Position numbers and translations under genes: made by a program. DNA of 32,743 bases from Faecousia sp. (GTDB lineage: Bacteria; Bacillota; Clostridia; Oscillospirales; Oscillospiraceae): contig JAZKXS010000018.1 in the NCBI GenBank assembly GCA_045611745.1, positions 1-32,743 of the forward strand, in the 5' to 3' direction. This document shows, piece after piece, positions 27,233 to 32,743 of the stretch; position 1 is the first letter of the stretch; every line of letters begins with the position of its first letter. Below the pieces are notes generated by a model that saw only the letters and a program-made list of their open reading frames with translations, had not been told where the DNA came from and made no database searches.

Positions 27233-27268
27233 GCGTGCGGACGGGAACGCCCGTCCGCACGTTCTTTT
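27233..27268 (+). terminator. Rho-independent terminator
   Basis: GCGTGCGGACGGG-AACG-CCCGTCCGCACGT then TCTTTT. Confidence 0.75.
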
Positions 27269-27278
27269 GAGGTGCGTT

Positions 27279-28625
27279 ATGAAAAAGATTAGAAATCTGC
27301 AGGAAAGCAGCTTTTTGAAGCTGTTTTTTGGATTTATTACTCTGTGTTTTCTGATTGCGGCGGTATGTATGCCGGACAGAAAGGATATGTTCACCGGTTT
27401 GTGGAACATTATCAGCCAGCCCAGTAAGATATCTGCAAACTATTTTGCAATGGGTGGCTATGCGGCAACCTTCCTGAATATGGGACTGGTTGCTGCTATT
27501 AGTTTGGGACTTTTCTTCGTGTTCAAAGGAACGCCTAACAATGTGTCCACATTGGCAGTTATTTTAACCGTCGGCTTTGGCTCGTGGGGTATTAATATCC
27601 TCAATGTTTGGCCAACAATATTGGGCGTTGTGGTATATGGCCTTGTGAAAAAGGAAAAGCTGGGCGGTCTTGTCAATGCGATGCTGTTTTCTACCGGTAT
27701 TGCACCCTTGATCACAGAGATGATGCTGCGCTACCTGACACCGGAAGCCGTTGGTTTTAGCTGGCAAGGTGTTGCATTGTCTATGTTCGTAGGTCTCATT
27801 ATTGGCTTTTTCCTGCCTGCAGGTCTTGCCTATTCTCCCAAAGTACATAAAGGCTTTGATCTGTATTCTGCAGCATTGCCCATTGGTATGACCGCATTTT
27901 TTCTGAATGCTATCTTTTATAAGACAATGGGCCGTGATCTGCCCAAGGCTTTGAGCGATCTGGATCCTGCCTCTATGCAGGTGGCGTCTGCTGCAATTGC
28001 CAATACTTTCTGCTTGATCGTGTTTGGTCTGTGCATTGTGTTTGCTTTCTTGCTGGGTTGTAAACCAAAGGATTACTGGAGATTGCTGACAGACCCTGAG
28101 TTGGTGACCAATTTCTCCTCTACCTATGGAAATGCCACATTCCTTATGAATGCAGGTGTTTTTGGTTTGTTTATTTTGGGTTATTACAACCTGATCGGCG
28201 CCAATTTTAACGGTATTACTTTTGGTATCATCTTCTGTATGGTAGCGACCTGTAATTCCGGTTCCCACCCCGGAAATGTATGGCCGATTATGCTGGGCTA
28301 TTATGTGGCTTCTGTGGTGTTCGGCTGGATATCCCCTTTGTTGGGTGGAAACTTTGCCTTTAAGATCAATGCCCAGGCAATTTGCGTGGGTCTGTGCTAC
28401 GCCAACGGCCTTTCACCTATTGCGGATAAATATGGCTGGCGCTATGGCTTTGTTGCAGCGATTATGCACTATCTGCTGGTTACCTCTGTACCTACGCTCC
28501 ATGGTGGCTATTGCTTGTATAACGGCGGCTTTACCGCAGCGCTGATCTGTATGATCCTTGTACCTGAATTGGAAAAATTCTTCAAGACAAAAGAGGAACG
28601 GAAACTGGCGAAGGCGCATAAATAA
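27279..28625 (+). CDS. Polytopic membrane protein, DUF1576-like
   Basis: Many TMs; internally duplicated HKGFDLYSAA / HGGYCLYNGG and ATFLNMG / ATFLMNAG; ATG27279 with RBS GAGGTG. Confidence 0.7.
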   Translation: MKKIRNLQESSFLKLFFGFITLCFLIAAVCMPDRKDMFTGLWNIISQPSKISANYFAMGGYAATFLNMGLVAAISLGLFFVFKGTPNNVSTLAVILTVGFGSWGINILNVWPTILGVVVYGLVKKEKLGGLVNAMLFSTGIAPLITEMMLRYLTPEAVGFSWQGVALSMFVGLIIGFFLPAGLAYSPKVHKGFDLYSAALPIGMTAFFLNAIFYKTMGRDLPKALSDLDPASMQVASAAIANTFCLIVFGLCIVFAFLLGCKPKDYWRLLTDPELVTNFSSTYGNATFLMNAGVFGLFILGYYNLIGANFNGITFGIIFCMVATCNSGSHPGNVWPIMLGYYVASVVFGWISPLLGGNFAFKINAQAICVGLCYANGLSPIADKYGWRYGFVAAIMHYLLVTSVPTLHGGYCLYNGGFTAALICMILVPELEKFFKTKEERKLAKAHK

Positions 28626-28634
28626 TGATATACA

Positions 28635-28674
28635 AAACCGGCTTTTTGCAATGTGTCAAAAAGCCGGTTTGTTT
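28635..28674 (+). terminator. Rho-independent terminator
   Basis: AAACCGGCTTTTTG-loop-CAAAAAGCCGGTTT-GTTT. Confidence 0.75.
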
Positions 28675-28701
28675 ATGGAAAAAATTTGGTTAGTATTACT
28701 C

Positions 28702-28730
28702 TTGCAGAACCAAAAACCAAGGAGTATTAT
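28702..28730 (+). promoter_or_regulatory. sigma-A promoter
   Basis: TTGCAG-17 bp-TATTAT. Confidence 0.5.
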
Positions 28731-28767
28731 AAAGTACGGAAAATTTCATTTAAAGAAGGTTTTGGAT

Positions 28768-30057
28768 TTGGAAACAGCACTGATTTGTTTGGCGGCCGCA
28801 ATGATTGGTGGCCTTATGATGTCCCGACTTACTAAGAAATTAAATTTGCCGGCGGTCACGGCCTATTTGGTGGCAGGTCTTGCCCTTGGCCCTTTCTGTA
28901 TTGGCGCATTGGGAATCAAAGGACTTGGGTTTCAGTCTCTTCACCAGGTGGAAAGTCTTAGCGTTCTGACCCAAACGGCCCTTGGTTTTATTGCCTTTTC
29001 TATGGGCAGCGAATTCCGTCTGCACCAGCTAAAAAGTATGGGCAAAAAAGCCATTACCATTGGTATCGTGCAGGCAGTTGTAACTACCGCATTGGTGGAC
29101 TGCGTATTGATCAGCCTGCACTTTATGTTCCCCCATATCATTTCGCTTCCTGCAGCGCTGGTTTTGGGCGCCATCGCCTCTGCAACGGCACCGGCTGCAA
29201 CGCTGATGGTCGTCCGCCAGTATAAAGCTGACGGCCCGTTGACGAGACTGCTGCTTTTGGTGGTAGCCATTGATGACGCGGTAGGCCTTTTGCTGTTTTC
29301 TGCTTCCTTTGGTATTGCCAGTGCGCTGGAAAGCGGCGCAGTCAATGTTCTTGGTGTAATCGTAGAACCATTGGTTGAGATTCTGCTTTCTGTGGGACTT
29401 GGCGCAATCGTTGGTGTTGTTATGGATCGTGTGGAGCATATGTTCCACTCCGGCAGTAAGCGCATGACCCTTTCGGTGGCGTTTGTTCTCCTTGCGGTTG
29501 GCCTTTCTATGCTGAAATTCAACATTGGCCCCGTTCACTGCGGCTTTTCCTTGCTTCTTGTATGTATGATGACCGGTACGGTATTTTGTAACGTCTGCGA
29601 CACATCCCAGGAGCTTATGGAACGTGTAGAAAAGTGGACAGTGCCCATTAACGTTTTGTTTTTTGTAATCTCCGGTGCAGAACTGGATTTGAAGGTAATC
29701 GTGAATCCGGTAACTTTGCTTGTAGGTGTGATTTACATTATTTCCCGTTCTGCCGGCAAGTATTATGGTGCTTGGGGAAGCTGCCGCTTATCCAAATGCA
29801 CCCCTGCGGTCACAAAGCATTTAGGTATCACTCTTTTGCCCCAGGCAGGCGTGGCGTTGGGTATGGCCATGACTGCTGCTGCACTTATGGACGGCGCACT
29901 GGTACGAAATGTTGTGCTATTCTCCGTTTTGGTGTACGAACTGGTTGGCCCGGCACTTACCAAACGGTCTTTGCTGCTGGCCGGTGAAATTCAGCCGGAA
30001 GGCAAAACCAGCGCCCGTGTTACCGATACCCCAAGAGAGCATATCAGTATTCATTAA
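28768..30057 (+). CDS. Cation:proton antiporter (CPA family)
   Basis: LPAVTAYLVAG, ATAPAATL, VAIDDAVG, FFVISGAEL, PQAGVALG; start TTG28768 inferred from RBS and upstream terminator/promoter. Confidence 0.85.
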   Translation: METALICLAAAMIGGLMMSRLTKKLNLPAVTAYLVAGLALGPFCIGALGIKGLGFQSLHQVESLSVLTQTALGFIAFSMGSEFRLHQLKSMGKKAITIGIVQAVVTTALVDCVLISLHFMFPHIISLPAALVLGAIASATAPAATLMVVRQYKADGPLTRLLLLVVAIDDAVGLLLFSASFGIASALESGAVNVLGVIVEPLVEILLSVGLGAIVGVVMDRVEHMFHSGSKRMTLSVAFVLLAVGLSMLKFNIGPVHCGFSLLLVCMMTGTVFCNVCDTSQELMERVEKWTVPINVLFFVISGAELDLKVIVNPVTLLVGVIYIISRSAGKYYGAWGSCRLSKCTPAVTKHLGITLLPQAGVALGMAMTAAALMDGALVRNVVLFSVLVYELVGPALTKRSLLLAGEIQPEGKTSARVTDTPREHISIH

Positions 30058-30062
30058 GAAAG

Positions 30063-30091
30063 AATACCGCTGTACATCGTACAGCGGTATT
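30063..30091. terminator. Hairpin between convergent genes
   Basis: AATACCGCTGTAC-ATC-GTACAGCGGTATT. Confidence 0.75.
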
Positions 30092-30093
30092 GC

Positions 30094-30417
30094 TTATTTC
30101 ATAAATTTATCAATGGCATCACAGAGGTCGTCTATTGCGTGTTCGTCACCGGCAGATACGGCGTCTACCATACAGTGGCGCATATGGTCCTTGAGGATCA
30201 CCTTGCCGGTGTTATCCAGTGCGCTGCGGACAGCAGCTAACTGAATAAGGACTTCTGAACAGTCGTAACCTTCCTCTACCATTCGCTTGACCTTTTCCAA
30301 ATGGCCGATGGCACGGGCAAGGCGGTTAACAACTGCTTTCTGATTTTCGTGAACATGGCCGTGGGAATGGGCAATGCCGTGGGCGTGCATATAAGCGTGA
30401 TCGTGTTCGTGAGACAT
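30094..30417 (-). CDS. CsoR/RcnR-family metal-sensing repressor with His-rich N-terminus
   Basis: NRLARAIGHL, DCSEVLIQLAAVRSAL, HMRHC; N-terminus MSHEHDHAYMHAHGIAHSHGHVH. Confidence 0.9.
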   Translation of the reverse strand: MSHEHDHAYMHAHGIAHSHGHVHENQKAVVNRLARAIGHLEKVKRMVEEGYDCSEVLIQLAAVRSALDNTGKVILKDHMRHCMVDAVSAGDEHAIDDLCDAIDKFMK

Positions 30418-30445
30418 AAGGAAATCTCTCCTTCTCGTTTTTAAT

Positions 30446-30522
30446 ATCATACTTGATTTTTGCAAACTTTGCAAGCCCCCAGTGGGGATAAGATTGACGA
30501 TTGGGAGGTTTTCTGCTATACT
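30446..30522. promoter_or_regulatory. Back-to-back sigma-A promoters with central C/G-tract dyad
   Basis: Minus: TTGCAA(30474-30469)-17-TATGAT; plus: TTGACG(30494-30499)-17-TATACT; CCCCCAGTGGGG at 30476-30487. Confidence 0.6.
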
Positions 30523-30557
30523 GCAAGAAGAAAATGGGACACTATGGAGGAAATGTT

Positions 30558-31214
30558 ATGAGAATGCGGAAAATGAAAAATTTAGAGCCCCGCACAGAAG
30601 CTTGCGCGGCCTACCGAATCACAGAACCGGAATCCCGAAAGGGTGCGTGGCGAGAGTTAAAACCCGACGCAACTGCGCTTTGGGTGGAGGTCGGCTGCGG
30701 CAAGGGCAAATTTACGGCAGAAACCGCTGCTGCAAACCCCGACGTGCTGCTCATTGCCATTGAGCGCTGCCGGGAAGCGATGGTAGTCGCTATGGAAAAG
30801 GCAAAAAATATGGGCCTTACCAATGTGTTCTTTGTGGATATGGATGTGGCGCTGATGGAAGGCTGTTTTCAGTTCGGTGAAATCGACCGCCTGTTTATCA
30901 ACTTCCCCGACCCTTGGCCCAGAAGCAAAAATGCCAAGCGGCGGCTGACCTTCCGTACATTCTTGAAAATGTATTCCCGTGTCATTCGGGAGGGTGGCGA
31001 AATTCATTTCAAGACCGACAATGCGCCTTTGTTTGAGTTTACCTTGGAAGAATTGGAATTGGTGGGCTTGCCTGCTAAGAATGTAACCCGAGATCTTCAC
31101 GCGAACGGCCCGGTAGGCATTATGACAGGCTACGAAGAAAAGTTCCACGCATTGGGAACGCCGATCAACCGTTGCGAAATCGTAACACGTCCAATCAAGG
31201 AGATTATGGAATGA
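30558..31214 (+). CDS. trmB: tRNA (guanine-N7)-methyltransferase
   Basis: [31 protein letters not shown]; ATG30558 with RBS GGAGG. Confidence 0.95.
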   Translation: MRMRKMKNLEPRTEACAAYRITEPESRKGAWRELKPDATALWVEVGCGKGKFTAETAAANPDVLLIAIERCREAMVVAMEKAKNMGLTNVFFVDMDVALMEGCFQFGEIDRLFINFPDPWPRSKNAKRRLTFRTFLKMYSRVIREGGEIHFKTDNAPLFEFTLEELELVGLPAKNVTRDLHANGPVGIMTGYEEKFHALGTPINRCEIVTRPIKEIME

Positions 31215-32743
31215 ACACCTATTATGCAGGTGATTGGGATGTTGCTGTAATTGGAGCAGGACACGCAGGCATAGAAGCGGCGCTGGCATCTGCACGGTTA
31301 GGCCAAAAAACCGTCCTTTTCACCATAAATTTGGATGCTGTTGGCAATATGCCATGCAATCCTGCTATTGGCGGTACCGGCAAAGGACATCTTGTTCGAG
31401 AACTGGACGCTTTGGGAGGACAGATGGCAGTGGCGGCAGATGCAGCTTGTATCCAGTACCGTATGCTCAACCGAGGCAAAGGACCGGCAGTTCACTCTTT
31501 GCGCGCCCAGGCGGATCGCCGCAAGTATCAGCAATATATGAAGCAGGTGCTGGAGCAGCAGGAGAATTTGGATCTTAAGCAGGCAATGATCACAAAGGTG
31601 TTGACGGAAAACGGGCAAGTTACCGGTGTGCAGACCCAGCTTGGCGCAATTTATGGCGCAAAGGCAGTGGTGCTGGCCACCGGCACATACCTGGATAGTA
31701 CGGTCATCACCGGTGAAAGCGTAGCATCTTCCGGACCTGATGGTATGCATCCTTCTTTGGGTCTTGCGGAGAATTTGCGCCAGCTTGGATTGCCGCTTCG
31801 TCGTTTTAAAACCGGTACACCTCCTCGCGTCAACCGTCGCAGCATTGATTTTTCAAAAATGGAGCTGCAGGAGGGTGACGAAATTCCCGAACCCTTTTCA
31901 TTCCGCACAAACCATACGCTGGAAAACCGGGCAGTTTGCTACTTGACCTATACCAACGAGGAGACGCACCAAATTATTCGGGACAATCTCCACCGCAGCC
32001 CAATGTATGACGGTACGATTTCCGGTGTTGGCCCCCGTTATTGTCCCAGTATTGAAACGAAAATTGTCCGTTTTGCAGAGAAAAACCGCCATCAGCTCTT
32101 TATAGAGCCTTGCGGACTTGATACAGAGGAAATGTACATTCAAGGCTTCTCCTCAAGTCTTCCGGAGGATGTGCAGATCAAGATGCTGCGCACCGTTCCG
32201 GGTTTGGAAAAGGCGGAAATTATGCGCCCGGCCTATGCAATCGAATACGAATGTATCGATCCAACCAGCCTGTATCCCACGTTAGAAACAAAGCAAATTT
32301 CCGGACTTTACGGCGCTGGCCAGTTTACCGGTTCTTCCGCCTATGAGGAGGCGGCAGTACAAGGCCTTGTGGCAGGTGTCAATGCAGCGCTGAAAATCCA
32401 AGGAAAAGAACCTTTTGTTCTGACCCGTGACACCAGTTATATCGGTACGCTGATCGATGATTTGGTGACGAAGGGAACAGAAGAACCTTACCGCATTATG
32501 ACAAGCCGCTCGGAATACCGACTGCTTCACCGGCAGGACAACGCAGACCAAAGACTCACTGCCATCGGTGCAAAAATCGGTCTTGTTCCTGAGAAAAGAC
32601 TTCATCAGGTGGAAGAGAAATACGAAATGGTGCGTCGGGAATTGCAAAGATTAGAGGCAACGGGCGTTGCTGCCTGCGATGCGCTTAACGAGATGCTCAA
32701 AAAATACGACTCCACTCCGGTTGCCAATTCTGCAAGGCTTGCC
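31211..32743 (+). CDS. mnmG: tRNA uridine 5-carboxymethylaminomethyl modification enzyme, 3'-truncated by window end
   Basis: Absent from ORF track (no stop); ATG31211 overlaps trmB stop; reads [42 protein letters not shown]. Confidence 0.96.
   Translation, partial: MNTYYAGDWDVAVIGAGHAGIEAALASARLGQKTVLFTINLDAVGNMPCNPAIGGTGKGHLVRELDALGGQMAVAADAACIQYRMLNRGKGPAVHSLRAQADRRKYQQYMKQVLEQQENLDLKQAMITKVLTENGQVTGVQTQLGAIYGAKAVVLATGTYLDSTVITGESVASSGPDGMHPSLGLAENLRQLGLPLRRFKTGTPPRVNRRSIDFSKMELQEGDEIPEPFSFRTNHTLENRAVCYLTYTNEETHQIIRDNLHRSPMYDGTISGVGPRYCPSIETKIVRFAEKNRHQLFIEPCGLDTEEMYIQGFSSSLPEDVQIKMLRTVPGLEKAEIMRPAYAIEYECIDPTSLYPTLETKQISGLYGAGQFTGSSAYEEAAVQGLVAGVNAALKIQGKEPFVLTRDTSYIGTLIDDLVTKGTEEPYRIMTSRSEYRLLHRQDNADQRLTAIGAKIGLVPEKRLHQVEEKYEMVRRELQRLEATGVAACDALNEMLKKYDSTPVANSARLA

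Noticed and set aside
22709-27409. Minus-strand ORFs of 333, 546 and 249 aa
   Set aside because: Antisense shadows of tig-like, fhs and folD caused by codon bias
28558-28767. N-terminal extension of the antiporter in the ORF track
   Set aside because: Overlaps the previous gene, its terminator and a promoter; start placed at TTG28768
31222-32647. Short ORFs listed on both strands
   Set aside because: All overlap the uninterrupted mnmG frame starting at 31211

Overview
Firmicutes (Clostridia-like) chromosomal window with two parts. Left (~86-21517) is an apparent genomic island bounded by a direct repeat (TCCCG-N5-GAGTGGGAATAATT) that resembles the 3' end of guaA; no integrase lies in the window. 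It carries a TipA/Mta-type MerR regulator, an ABC exporter, a LytS-type two-component pair and a tightly coupled 11-gene minus-strand operon (18565->3121): pseudo-receiver, 2505-aa VWA adhesin, 83-aa RiPP-like precursor (YxxPxL leader, four C-x-x-[D/N] motifs, C-terminal Ser), HprK-like kinase, radical SAM/SPASM enzyme, lipoprotein, PqqD/RRE, Wzc-like pseudokinase with Tyr tail, PHP phosphatase, Ig-like protein, and Wzc-like kinase without Tyr tail. This is the best candidate for an undescribed system: a radical-SAM/kinase-modified peptide linked to adhesin display and a BY-kinase switch. Right (21667-end) is core-like: LysR, N-terminally truncated trigger factor, fhs-fchA-folD, DUF1576-like membrane protein, cation:proton antiporter, His-rich CsoR/RcnR repressor, trmB and partial mnmG. 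All calls come from motif reading; no database searches were run.
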